Notes: generated by a model not told the origin, from the sequence alone. A stretch of 39,360 nt of DNA from a virus (IMGVR_UViG_3300031922_000033:1-39360), one strand, 5' to 3'. Positions 1-8,682 are shown, counted from the stretch's first letter. A program made the numbers and translations.

Positions 1-51
1 TCTAGTCTTTGGGAAATGGGTAACATTGGTTTTCGTAGCACTAGCACTCAT
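1..51 (-). CDS. 5' end of a gene running off the left edge (MSASATKTNVTHFPKTR...), probable partner of the 48-698 gene
   Basis: ATG at 51 overlaps the TGA stop of the upstream minus-strand gene (ATGA coupling); 17 open codons to the edge. Confidence 0.45.
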   Translation of the reverse strand, partial: MSASATKTNVTHFPKTR

Positions 52-698
52 GTTTTAGTTACCTCACTTATCAATTGTTTGGAATTATCTAATGCTGAAC
101 TATAATGATTAGAAACTTGATTAACAAGTTCATTAAGATGCATGACGATTTCATGATGAACATTGACATGAATTAAAACATTGTCTTGGTTATCCTGAAT
201 ATCAAGATAATATTTTGTCTCGTTTTTGTCAAAAGACAGTTTAATAAAAGTTTCAGGAACAAACTTGAATTCTGAATTTTCAGGCAGATAAGCAGGTAAA
301 CTCATAATCGTATGGACTTTTTGGGGCGAATTCTTTATCGTGCAATTAAAATTAAAACCAAATGCTATTATAGATTGATGTTCAGGGAGAGATTCTAATA
401 TTTGCTTGATAATATTAGGGAATTTGCGTGCTGCTGTTGTGTTCTCAGGCGCTGTTACGTTTACTTGCATTTGTAGCTTAGTATCCATAGAGAGAGCCGT
501 TGTAGGAATAAATGTTGGCACAAAAGAAATTGTAAGCTTTGCTCTTTTATAATTTATAACAGTAGGTGATAAAGGGTCAGGCAAAAATGTTGACTCGGGT
601 ATTTCGCCATCGATTAAAGACCTCAATTTATCAAACTTGAGATCGTTTTTATTTAATTGATCGAAAACAACTACGGTATTCCTAACATCAATGTCCAT
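48..698 (-). CDS. AT-rich accessory (moron) hypothetical protein, ~216 aa, resembling TIGR04255-like proteins
   Basis: ORF with AGGGGA RBS about 6 nt before ATG 698; motif ILESLPEHQSIIAFGFNF; lower GC than phage core; family call tentative. Confidence 0.6.
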   Translation of the reverse strand: MDIDVRNTVVVFDQLNKNDLKFDKLRSLIDGEIPESTFLPDPLSPTVINYKRAKLTISFVPTFIPTTALSMDTKLQMQVNVTAPENTTAARKFPNIIKQILESLPEHQSIIAFGFNFNCTIKNSPQKVHTIMSLPAYLPENSEFKFVPETFIKLSFDKNETKYYLDIQDNQDNVLIHVNVHHEIVMHLNELVNQVSNHYSSALDNSKQLISEVTKT

Positions 699-737
699 AT
701 GCAATCCCCTTTCGCTATAAGCACCCTTATCTTATGT

Positions 738-764
738 ATTCTTCACATTCTTCAAAATTCCTGC
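738..764 (-). promoter_or_regulatory. Sigma-H-type promoter for the 48-698 gene
   Basis: Minus strand GCAGGAATT-N11-GAAGAAT matches the sigma-H consensus RNAGGAWWW-N11/12-RNNGAAT. Confidence 0.55.
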
Positions 765-821
765 TTATTCTTGATTTTTTCTGCATTTATTCTTCAATCC
801 ACTTTCACGTGATCGTTAATA

Positions 822-1256
822 TCATCCCTTAAGCTTATACTCCACCAATTCCTCGTTTATCCCCAACACACTCGCGATATAGCTGTTTGATTCGTATCTC
901 ATCTCTTTCACGTCATGGTCATCAAGGAGCAGCTCCGCAGCAAACTTATTGGCTTCAATTTCATACCGTCCTGTCGGGAACAAAGTATACTCCCTAATAA
1001 AGCATATTGGCTCCGATGAGTGCAACACGGCGTGTCCGAGTTCATGAGCGAGGACAATCATTTGACTGTATTCATCAAGGATTGAATTTACTACTATGAA
1101 CTTGTTACGCAGAATCTTTATGTAATATCCTTTTGTATGAAGCTGGTATTCCTTATGTACAACATTGATATTGAGATATTTCGACATTCTTAAGGGACAT
1201 CTCGTCTCATATTTTCTGACGAGGTGTTTGACACGGGCATGAATATTTTTTGTCAT
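822..1256 (-). CDS. immA: ImmA/IrrE-family metalloprotease (anti-repressor)
   Basis: AHELGHAVLH (HExxH) and EIEANKFAAELL motifs; GGAGGT RBS before ATG 1256; directly downstream of an HTH repressor. Confidence 0.9.
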   Translation of the reverse strand: MTKNIHARVKHLVRKYETRCPLRMSKYLNINVVHKEYQLHTKGYYIKILRNKFIVVNSILDEYSQMIVLAHELGHAVLHSSEPICFIREYTLFPTGRYEIEANKFAAELLLDDHDVKEMRYESNSYIASVLGINEELVEYKLKG

Positions 1257-1267
1257 ACACACCTCCG

Positions 1268-1738
1268 TTATTCGGTATGAGACTTGACTTTTTTCTTCCT
1301 GCCATACTTTTGTTTATTAATCTCTTTAGATTTCCAGAACAGCTCTGTCATATCCCGGAATAACTTTTCTTTGTCTGCATCTGCTACTTCATCGTTCATA
1401 AAGAATGCGTTAGCTTGTTTTGTGAAGTCGTCGTATTGGTTTAAGTCTCGTTTGGTGATTTTGTGCATACGTGAGTATTCATCGCGGATGTTAGGAGGAC
1501 TATTTTCTGGTTTTCTAACATCTGTTTCACCAAGAAGGAATGAGGTGCAAACTCCAAAGTATTCAGCAAAATTACCGAGAGCATCAATTTCAGGGACTCT
1601 TTTACCGTTTTCATATCTAGAAATAGCAGCGGCAGTATAATTCCTGAAGAAACGAGCGTTAAAATCTTTACGCAATTCTTCTTGCGTCATTCCTTTTTCA
1701 TTCCGGAGTTGTTTAAAACGTGCTGCAAATTTTTGCAT
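1268..1738 (-). CDS. XRE-family HTH phage repressor (ImmR/CI-like)
   Basis: RFKQLRNEKGMTQEEL...AISRYENGKRVP...AEYFGVCTSFLLG; AGAGGTGA RBS before ATG 1738; divergent from Cro. Confidence 0.9.
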   Translation of the reverse strand: MQKFAARFKQLRNEKGMTQEELRKDFNARFFRNYTAAAISRYENGKRVPEIDALGNFAEYFGVCTSFLLGETDVRKPENSPPNIRDEYSRMHKITKRDLNQYDDFTKQANAFFMNDEVADADKEKLFRDMTELFWKSKEINKQKYGRKKKVKSHTE

Positions 1739-1830
1739 TATAAAATCACCTCTAACGACAATAATTATAATCCAACTTTCCAATAAAAGAAATATACTTA
1801 CCAACAAAGAAAATAATTTTAAAATACTTG

Positions 1831-1859
1831 TTGACAACTTACCAGTAACGACATATAAT
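1831..1859 (+). promoter_or_regulatory. Early lytic sigma-A promoter
   Basis: Perfect TTGACA (1831-1836)-17 nt-TATAAT (1854-1859) upstream of cro. Confidence 0.9.
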
Positions 1860-1896
1860 AAACTTACCGATAATGGTAAGGAAGGAGTCGGACAAA

Positions 1897-2106
1897 ATGA
1901 GACCGAATTTAAAACTAAAGGCGTTAAGGGTGGGCAGTGGTATGAAGCAAAGGGACATGAGTGTTTTGTTAGGATTAAAGACAGAAGCCCCTTATTGCCA
2001 AAAAGAAAACGGGAAGCGGCAATTCAGCCAACGTGAAATCAGTATTATTGCTGAGCACTTTAACCTAACTGGCAATGACATAAAAAGTATTTTTTTTACC
2101 TCCTAA
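1897..2106 (+). CDS. Cro-like XRE HTH regulator
   Basis: LKALRVGSGMKQRDMSVLLG...YCQKENGKRQFS; AAGGAG RBS; divergent from repressor. Confidence 0.85.
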   Translation: MRPNLKLKALRVGSGMKQRDMSVLLGLKTEAPYCQKENGKRQFSQREISIIAEHFNLTGNDIKSIFFTS

Positions 2107-2150
2107 CTTACCACAAATAGAAAGATTTCTCTGTAGTTCGATTCAAAGAG

Positions 2151-2417
2151 TTTACCTTTAACGCTAAGGAGGAGACAATCCAATGAAGCGCTATACCTTA
2201 TACTACACCAGCGATAAACGGGTTCCCCGTTCAAACATCGGGGACTATCTCCATAGCTACGGTCATGCATCGAGCATCAAGACGATTAAGCAATATGTCA
2301 GCCAAGTGAAACGGGAATTCTCTGCTGATAATCCTAGAGATTTCTTTTATACGGATCAAGAGCACGATTTTTCGCTTGCTCCGGTAAACAGAATTTACCT
2401 TTGACGCTAAGGAGGAG
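2151..2417 (+). repeat. 24-bp direct repeat (23/24 identical) containing the RBS, flanking the 2183-2404 gene
   Basis: TTTACCTTTAACGCTAAGGAGGAG 2151-2174 and TTTACCTTTGACGCTAAGGAGGAG 2394-2417. Confidence 0.9.
2183..2404 (+). CDS. Small early hypothetical protein (73 aa)
   Basis: Strong AAGGAGG RBS; ORF in early operon. Confidence 0.75.
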   Translation: MKRYTLYYTSDKRVPRSNIGDYLHSYGHASSIKTIKQYVSQVKREFSADNPRDFFYTDQEHDFSLAPVNRIYL

Positions 2418-2424
2418 GCTACTC

Positions 2425-2616
2425 ATGCAAACGGCAATTATCAGGACTACCACGGACAAGCGAACAGGGCTGCTACTCGAAGAAAGAATCATCGGCATAC
2501 AGGAAGTAAGTGAGGATGCGTACTATCAACCGCTTGTTGAGATAATCGGCAATCTGGTGATTAGAGACTTTCAAGAAAGGATTGGTGGGCTTAATGGAAA
2601 AGTACAGCATTTTTGA
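2425..2616 (+). CDS. Small early hypothetical protein (63 aa)
   Basis: GGAGGAGG RBS before ATG 2425. Confidence 0.7.
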   Translation: MQTAIIRTTTDKRTGLLLEERIIGIQEVSEDAYYQPLVEIIGNLVIRDFQERIGGLNGKVQHF

Positions 2617-3787
2617 AGGCAATATGGAACGATTAGAAAAGAAGCTGAACCGTATTTCCAATAAGTGCTCTAAATTTGGCTGTTCGTTCTCTTTCACTAA
2701 AATTGGCGAAGAATTCAGAGAAGTTAAGAATGAGTGTGGCAAAAAGGAAACTTTGCGTTTTGTCATCGTGGAGGTTGAAGGAATTGCCCGTCTGAATGGT
2801 TGGCGGTTTATTGCCTCTGTTGAACACACCGAAAAAGGAAACATTATCAACCGTGCTGATTACAGTGTTGAAGTCCCTGAAAGGTTCTATACAGGCGATT
2901 CCGTATGTGAGCATTGCGCAACAAGCAGGATGCGCCGGGACACCTATATTGTAATGAACGAGGCAACAGGCGAGTTCAAGCAGGTCGGAAAATCTTGTTT
3001 GGCTGACTTTACGGGTGGGTTGTCTGCCTCCGCAATCGCAAGTTATTACAGCTACTTTGAAGAACTGGTTCAGGGTGAAACTGTTGACGGTAGCGGCGGT
3101 TTTAGTAAGTATTACGACAAAATTGAAATGCTTCATTTTTTCGCTGAAACTATCCGTCATTTCGGATTCGTGAAAAGATCGGCAGACGAAGAAGGAGGTC
3201 GTTCCAACTATCCCACGGCTGATAGGGCGTTTGATTATTACAGCGTTGCTCATAATGAGTGGATGCTTCCTGAATCACGTAAAGAGTGCAAGGCAGAAAT
3301 GGAACGAGTGAATTTCAATCAGAATTCCCCTGAAGCCATTTCTGACACTAACGCCGCCCTTGTTTGGTTAGCTGAACAAGATACTTCGAACAACTACATT
3401 CATAACTTGAAAACAGTGTGTGATTTAGAATATGTGACTTTCAAGCATCTTGGAATTATGGCTTCTCTTTTTGCTACATGGAAGCGTAAAACCGCCAAAG
3501 CGAAAGAAGGGAAAGAACAGAAAAAGCTTTCCCGCCATGTTGGGGATGTCGGACAAAAGTTCACTTTTAATGTAAATAACTTTAAACTTGTGACTTCTTG
3601 GCAAACAGATTTTGGCACTACCTGTCTTTACAAAATGACCGATGAATCCGGGAATGTTTTTGTTTGGAAAACTTCAAAGTGGATTAAAGAACCTGAAGCG
3701 GTTAAAACCGTTACTGGAACGGTGAAAGCTCATAGTGAATTCGACATGATTCAACAAACCGAACTTACCCGGTGTAAAGTTGCGTAG
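2594..3787 (+). CDS. Early hypothetical protein with CxxC motif and probable C-terminal OB fold
   Basis: 397-aa ORF; CEHC...GKSCL; C-terminal HVGDVGQK...FGTTCLYKMTDESGNVFVWK...GTVKAH beta-rich pattern. Confidence 0.7.
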   Translation: MEKYSIFEGNMERLEKKLNRISNKCSKFGCSFSFTKIGEEFREVKNECGKKETLRFVIVEVEGIARLNGWRFIASVEHTEKGNIINRADYSVEVPERFYTGDSVCEHCATSRMRRDTYIVMNEATGEFKQVGKSCLADFTGGLSASAIASYYSYFEELVQGETVDGSGGFSKYYDKIEMLHFFAETIRHFGFVKRSADEEGGRSNYPTADRAFDYYSVAHNEWMLPESRKECKAEMERVNFNQNSPEAISDTNAALVWLAEQDTSNNYIHNLKTVCDLEYVTFKHLGIMASLFATWKRKTAKAKEGKEQKKLSRHVGDVGQKFTFNVNNFKLVTSWQTDFGTTCLYKMTDESGNVFVWKTSKWIKEPEAVKTVTGTVKAHSEFDMIQQTELTRCKVA

Positions 3788-3803
3788 AAAGGAGGGACTT
3801 ATC

Positions 3804-3998
3804 ATGAAAAAGTGGCGAAAGAGCATCTTCGGCGTAATAGCCTTTGCATCATTCTTCTTAGTGTTAGGCGGCGTGGGGGCAATGGAAACATACAGAATCT
3901 CATTTGAGCAGGGCGTGATGCAGATGTTCGGGTTTATGGTAATTTGCGGTATATGTACGTATCTAGCTGGAGGGTTCACAGAAAGGAGAGAGGATTAA
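3804..3998 (+). CDS. Small two-TM membrane protein
   Basis: GGAGGG RBS; two hydrophobic segments. Confidence 0.7.
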   Translation: MKKWRKSIFGVIAFASFFLVLGGVGAMETYRISFEQGVMQMFGFMVICGICTYLAGGFTERRED

Positions 3999-4150
3999 TG
4001 ACAAATGAAGCGGCGCTGGGATATATGATAGGAGCGGCAAGAAACATTAAAATGTCTGAACGGCACATAGAGCGACTGTTAGCCGCCATGCGTGAGGCTA
4101 TGGATGAACACACCGAAGCAGAGGCGGAACATGAGTATCGAAATTTTTGA
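3998..4150 (+). CDS. Small hypothetical protein (50 aa)
   Basis: TAATG coupling to previous gene; GAGG RBS. Confidence 0.65.
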   Translation: MTNEAALGYMIGAARNIKMSERHIERLLAAMREAMDEHTEAEAEHEYRNF

Positions 4151-4161
4151 GAAGGGAGGGA

Positions 4162-4362
4162 ATGACCATGAATTTGAAGCAAGTGCAGTATCAGGCGGAG
4201 CGTGATTATGATGTAACAGCAAGGCTTTATAAGCGTATTGGCACGCTGGAAAACCGATGTGCACAGTTAGAAATGGACTTTACAACGTTATACGCAATAG
4301 TGGTAAACATAAACAAAGTATTAGCGGAACAAAAAGAAAAGCCGCTTGGGAGCGGCAACTAA
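4162..4362 (+). CDS. Small coiled-coil hypothetical protein
   Basis: GGGAGG RBS; ATG 4162 or 4168. Confidence 0.6.
   Translation: MTMNLKQVQYQAERDYDVTARLYKRIGTLENRCAQLEMDFTTLYAIVVNINKVLAEQKEKPLGSGN
4331..4356 (-). terminator. Intrinsic terminator on minus strand
   Basis: Minus strand GCCGCT-CCCA-AGCGGC followed by TTTTCTTTTT. Confidence 0.65.
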
Positions 4363-4423
4363 ACACAATTACATTATAAACCAAACACTAAAAAATTCAA
4401 TATCAAAGAGAGGATGAGATCAC

Positions 4424-4783
4424 ATGAAACTTTTAATAGAATTAAACCCAACGGAAGCAACTAACTCAATAGTTAGCGGAACTTTGCTGGCTTTACTAGA
4501 AGCTTTCAAGTCAGAAGAGACCCAGCTTAAAACCACGTATACAGAAGCTAAGACTCAAAAAGCAATTAAAGTTAGTCCTGAGCTACTAACAACAATAGCA
4601 CCCGCATCACCCATAACGATAGTCACTATTGAGGAAGTGCGCGAAAAACTGGCTCAGCTAACAAAAGCGGGTAAGCAGGAACAGGTTAGGACACTCTTAG
4701 CTAAACACGGAGCCTCTAAGTTAACAGACATTCCCGCTGACAAGTATCCGATGCTCCTAGAGGAGGCACAGACAATAAAATGA
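4424..4783 (+). CDS. Conserved phage protein usually preceding DUF2800
   Basis: C-terminal TIEEVREKLAQL...VRTLLAKHGASKLTDIPADKYPMLL motif; synteny with DUF2800-DUF2815-PolA. Confidence 0.75.
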   Translation: MKLLIELNPTEATNSIVSGTLLALLEAFKSEETQLKTTYTEAKTQKAIKVSPELLTTIAPASPITIVTIEEVREKLAQLTKAGKQEQVRTLLAKHGASKLTDIPADKYPMLLEEAQTIK

Positions 4784-5923
4784 TACACGCTTTATTAGGA
4801 GCCTCGACATCAAAACGATGGTTGACTTGCACCCCAAGCGCCCGATATGAAGAACGATTTCAAGAGACTCAGAGTACTTATGCAGACGAAGGATCGGCAG
4901 CTCATGCGCTGGCAGAAGCTTTACTATTAGATAATCAGATTAAGCTTCAAAAAGCAAAAAAAAAATGAGTACTACAATCAAGAAATGCAGGAAGCTGTTG
5001 AGATGTACATTGATATCATCAAGGAAAGATACAACGAAGCTCTAAGTCGCAGTCGGGACGCTAAAATGTTCGTCGAACAGAGGCTAAATTTTTCAGAGTG
5101 GGTTCCGGAGGGCTTTGGGACAGGGGACGTTATAATAATAGCCGACGGTATTTTAGAGGTTATAGACTTAAAGTACGGCCAAGGCGTGCCGGTTCAAGCC
5201 AAGGACAATCCACAGCTAAAACTTTACGCTCTCGGTGCTATTCGAGCATTTGACATGCTTTATGACGTATCCGTCATCCGGATGACTGTTATCCAGCCCA
5301 GACTTGATAACATAACTACTTACGAAACCTGGACAGAATCTTTGCTTAATTGGGCCGAAGATTACGTAAAACCCAGGGCGCAGTTAGCATGGGATGGAGC
5401 CGGAGATTATGTATCAGGAGAACACTGCCGATTCTGCCGAGGTAAAGCGGTATGCCGCGCCCGAGCAGATCACAACCTTGAGCTTGCTAAGTATGAATTC
5501 GTACAGGCTTGTGCACTTGATACGCTAGATATAGCAGCTATTCTAGCGCGCATGAATCAGCTTATAGATTGGGTGGCGGACGTTTCAGAATACGCACTGG
5601 AAAGGGCTATACAAGGAACATGTTTTCCTGGTTATAAGCTTGTCGAAGGGCGCAGTAACCGAAAGTATGCAGACCAAGAAAAAGTGGCTCAGAAGCTCAC
5701 GACCGAAGGCTACGAGGAAACTCGTATATTCAAACCGAGAGAGCTTCTGGGCATAACTGAAATGGAAAAACTCGTCGGGAAAAAGAAATTTACGGTACTG
5801 CTTGATGCCCTAATAATTAAGCCGCCTGGCAAACCTGTATTGGTTCCGGAAAGTGACAAACGACCCGAAATCCAAAGTCTAAACACAGCTAATGAAGATT
5901 TTAAAAATGAAAGCGAGGATTAA
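4780..5923 (+). pseudogene. DUF2800 PD-(D/E)XK (Cas4-like) nuclease, split by a one-base frameshift in an A10 run
   Basis: N-part HALLGAS..RWLTCTPS..EGSAAH (4780-4968) and C-part GTGD...IDLKYG...QLKLYALG...HCRFC (4985-5923); deleting one A of 4956-4965 fuses them (AKKNEYYNQEMQ). Confidence 0.85.
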
Positions 5924-5927
5924 TTCA

Positions 5928-6485
5928 ATGAGTGAACAAACAACTAAAGTAGTAACAGGGAAAGTTAGATTCAGCTACGCAAACGTATGGAAGCCTAAGG
6001 CTATAAACGACGGCCAGGAGCCTAAATATAGCGTATGCCTACTCATTCCGAAAAGCGATACCGTAACCGTTAACAAAATCCAGAGTGCTATAGAAGCAGC
6101 CATAGGGGCAGGTAAAAACAAACTAGCTGACAAAAACGGGAAAATCATCAAGGGAGGATTAAAATTACCTCTACGTGATGGTGACATCGAACGACCGGAT
6201 GATGATGCGTATGCAAACTGTTGGTTCCTAAATGCTAACAGTACACAGAGGCCCGGCATCGTTGACGCCGCTCGAAATGAGATTTTGGATGAAACGGAGT
6301 TTTACTCAGGTTGCTACGGACGAGCAAGCGTTAACCTGTTCGCATTTAATACGAACGGCAACAAAGGCATAGGCTGCGGGCTGCAAAATCTGCAAAAACT
6401 CGCAGACGGGCCAGCGTTTAACGGTCGATCCAAAGCGGAAGATGACTTTGATGAATACGAAATTTTTGATGATTTCTTAAGTTAA
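5928..6485 (+). CDS. DUF2815 single-stranded DNA-binding protein (T7 gp2.5-like)
   Basis: VRFSY...KYSVCLLIPK...LPLRDGD...FYSGCYGRAS; acidic C-terminal tail. Confidence 0.9.
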   Translation: MSEQTTKVVTGKVRFSYANVWKPKAINDGQEPKYSVCLLIPKSDTVTVNKIQSAIEAAIGAGKNKLADKNGKIIKGGLKLPLRDGDIERPDDDAYANCWFLNANSTQRPGIVDAARNEILDETEFYSGCYGRASVNLFAFNTNGNKGIGCGLQNLQKLADGPAFNGRSKAEDDFDEYEIFDDFLS

Positions 6486-6748
6486 TGGTTTAGCTGATAC
6501 ATTTCGACATCGCTTACAAGCATGCCAGACACTACATCGGTTTTACTGATAATTTAAATAAGCGCCTCTGTGCTCATAGTAACGGCAGAGGCGCAAGACT
6601 CTTACAAGTTATTGAAGAAGCTGGCATCACCTATCAAATCGCAAGGATCTGGGAAGATGGCGACCGTAATCTCGAACGGAAGCTAAAAAACAGGAAAAAA
6701 GCAAGCGGTCTATGCCCAATCTGTAGAGGAGATATAAAGAAATTATGA
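6485..6748 (+). pseudogene. GIY-YIG-like endonuclease with in-frame TAG at codon 3 (absent from the ORF track)
   Basis: MV*LIHFDIAYKHARHYIGFTDNLNKRLCAHSNGRGARLL...ERKLK...LCPIC; TAATG overlap with SSB stop and ATGA overlap with PolA start. Confidence 0.8.
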
Positions 6749-8682
6749 GAACGCTATCCCTCGATATAGAAACTTACTCAGGCACAGATCTTATCAAGCA
6801 TGGAGTATATCGATACGTAGAAGATCCTGAATTTACGCTATTGTTGATAGCATATGCGGTTGACGATGAGCCTGTCAGTCTAATAGATATTACAACCGGC
6901 CCATCGCCAACCCTTGATGAATTAAAGGCTTTATTATGTGACGCTCAGATCATAAAAATAGCCTATAATGCAAACTTTGAGCGCGTTTGTCTATCAGCGT
7001 TTTTTAATTTAAAGTTGCCACTGGAGCAGTGGAGATGCACAGCTGTTCAAGCCGCGTCTTTAAGCCTTCCGCGGACACTTGCGGCGGTAACTAATGTTAT
7101 GGGCTTACCGGAAGATAAGCGAAAGCTAGACATAGGTAAGAGCTTAATTCAGTATTTCTGCAAACCTTCGAGAAGTAATGGCGGCAAGAGAAACACGTCT
7201 GACCGTGACCCTGCAAAATGGGAAACGTTCAAGGAATATTGCAAACAAGACGTTGAGGTTGAACGCACGGTGCGAACTAGACTTGAGCGTTTTCCGCTTT
7301 TAGCCGAGGAATGGAAGCTGTGGATTCTCGATCAGCGAATCAATGATAAAGGCGTCAAGATCGACCGCATACTTGTATCAGAGGCTATACAGTGCAGCGA
7401 AGCTCATAGAGCCAAACTGGAAGCCGAGGCGATAGCGCTAACCAACCTTGAAAATCCCAACAGCTTACCGAAGCTAAAGGCGTGGCTGAGTTCGGCTACA
7501 GATAGCATAGTCACGGATTTAACCAAAGCGGCCATACCAGAACTTATAAAGTCAACAGATAACTATAAAGTTAAGCGCATTTTGAAAATCCGACAGGAGC
7601 TCGGAAAAACATCAGTCAGCAAATATCAAGCAATCGAACGAGTAGTCAATGCGGATAGTCGTGCACGGGGCTTATATCGCTTCTACGGAGCAAGTAGGAC
7701 AGGACGCTGGGCCGGACAGCTGATACAAACTCAAAACTTGGCGCAAAACAAACTAGCTGACCTCGCCTTAGCGCGACAGCTATTGCGCGAAAGCAGGCAC
7801 GACGATTTAGAAATGCTTTATGGTAATGTTCAGGATACACTTTCACAGCTGATACGTACCGCTTTCATTCCCGACAAAGACAAGGTTTTATACGTGCTTG
7901 ATTTTAGTGCGATAGAAGCGAGAGTTCTATCGTGGTTAGCCGATGAACGCTGGCGCATGGATGTCTTCAGAGAACACGGCCAAATATACGAGGCTTCGGC
8001 AAGTAGAATGTTTCATGTACCTATTGAAAGAATTCGAAAAGGGCTACCGGAATACGAATTACGCCAAAAAGGCAAAATTGCGGAATTAGCGCTTGGCTAT
8101 GGGGGCGCAGTAGGAGCTTTAATCGCTATGGGTGCGCTACGGATGGGACTGTCAGAGGATGAGCTGCCAAAGCTTGTAAGTGCTTGGAGAGCCAGCAACC
8201 CCGCAATAAAAGCATTTTGGTGGGGTGTAGAAAATAAAGTGCGAAACACAATACAGGATAACCGTACAACAGAAATACAAGGTCTAAGGTTTAGTTATGA
8301 GTCAGGTTTTCTTTTCATACGTCTCCCAAGTGGCCGCCGATTGGCTTACTCGAAACCTAGAATAGAAGGGGATGAAATAACATATGAGGGTGTCGAGCAA
8401 GGGAAAAAAGTTTGGGGTAGGATAAAGACCTACGGCGCTAAATTGGTTGAAAATATCGTGCAAGCAATAAGTCGCGACTGTCTAGCCGTTAGTATGACAG
8501 CTCTCGCTGAAAAAGATTACGCAATAGTCAGCCATGTACATGATGAAGTGGTCATTGAAGCTGAACAATCACAAGACGCATTAGAAAACATGAAAGAGAT
8601 CATGAGTATAACACCGACCTGGGCCGCCGGCCTACCACTTCGTGTGGAGGGTTTTGTATGTGACTTCTATCAAAAAGGATGA
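6745..8682 (+). CDS. polA: Family A DNA polymerase with 3'-5' exonuclease domain
   Basis: ExoI LDIETYS; TGRW; motif A DFSAIEARV; motif B RQKGKIAELALGYG; motif C HVHDE. Confidence 0.95.
   Translation: MRTLSLDIETYSGTDLIKHGVYRYVEDPEFTLLLIAYAVDDEPVSLIDITTGPSPTLDELKALLCDAQIIKIAYNANFERVCLSAFFNLKLPLEQWRCTAVQAASLSLPRTLAAVTNVMGLPEDKRKLDIGKSLIQYFCKPSRSNGGKRNTSDRDPAKWETFKEYCKQDVEVERTVRTRLERFPLLAEEWKLWILDQRINDKGVKIDRILVSEAIQCSEAHRAKLEAEAIALTNLENPNSLPKLKAWLSSATDSIVTDLTKAAIPELIKSTDNYKVKRILKIRQELGKTSVSKYQAIERVVNADSRARGLYRFYGASRTGRWAGQLIQTQNLAQNKLADLALARQLLRESRHDDLEMLYGNVQDTLSQLIRTAFIPDKDKVLYVLDFSAIEARVLSWLADERWRMDVFREHGQIYEASASRMFHVPIERIRKGLPEYELRQKGKIAELALGYGGAVGALIAMGALRMGLSEDELPKLVSAWRASNPAIKAFWWGVENKVRNTIQDNRTTEIQGLRFSYESGFLFIRLPSGRRLAYSKPRIEGDEITYEGVEQGKKVWGRIKTYGAKLVENIVQAISRDCLAVSMTALAEKDYAIVSHVHDEVVIEAEQSQDALENMKEIMSITPTWAAGLPLRVEGFVCDFYQKG

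Larger units (their letters stand above)
1775..2112. promoter_or_regulatory. Repressor/Cro operator array (ACTTACC half-sites)
   Basis: ACTTTCC 1775; ACTTACC 1796, 1837, 1862, 2106; full palindrome CTTACC-N6-GGTAAG at 1863-1880. Confidence 0.65.

Noticed and set aside
793-802. GTGGATTGAA on the minus strand after immA, resembling the I-C repeat handle
   Set aside because: Only 10 nt match, with no GTCGC start and no hairpin; probably chance, though worth a glance in relatives
4780-5923. DUF2800 as a true cas4 serving the mini-array
   Set aside because: It sits in its usual DUF2800-DUF2815-PolA replication context, 33 kb from the array, with no cas1 or cas2
6491-6493. Genome-wide TAG reassignment as explanation for the in-frame amber
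   Set aside because: Several core genes end properly in TAG (24091, 24427, 24832, 29577, 30642) and other genes are not fragmented
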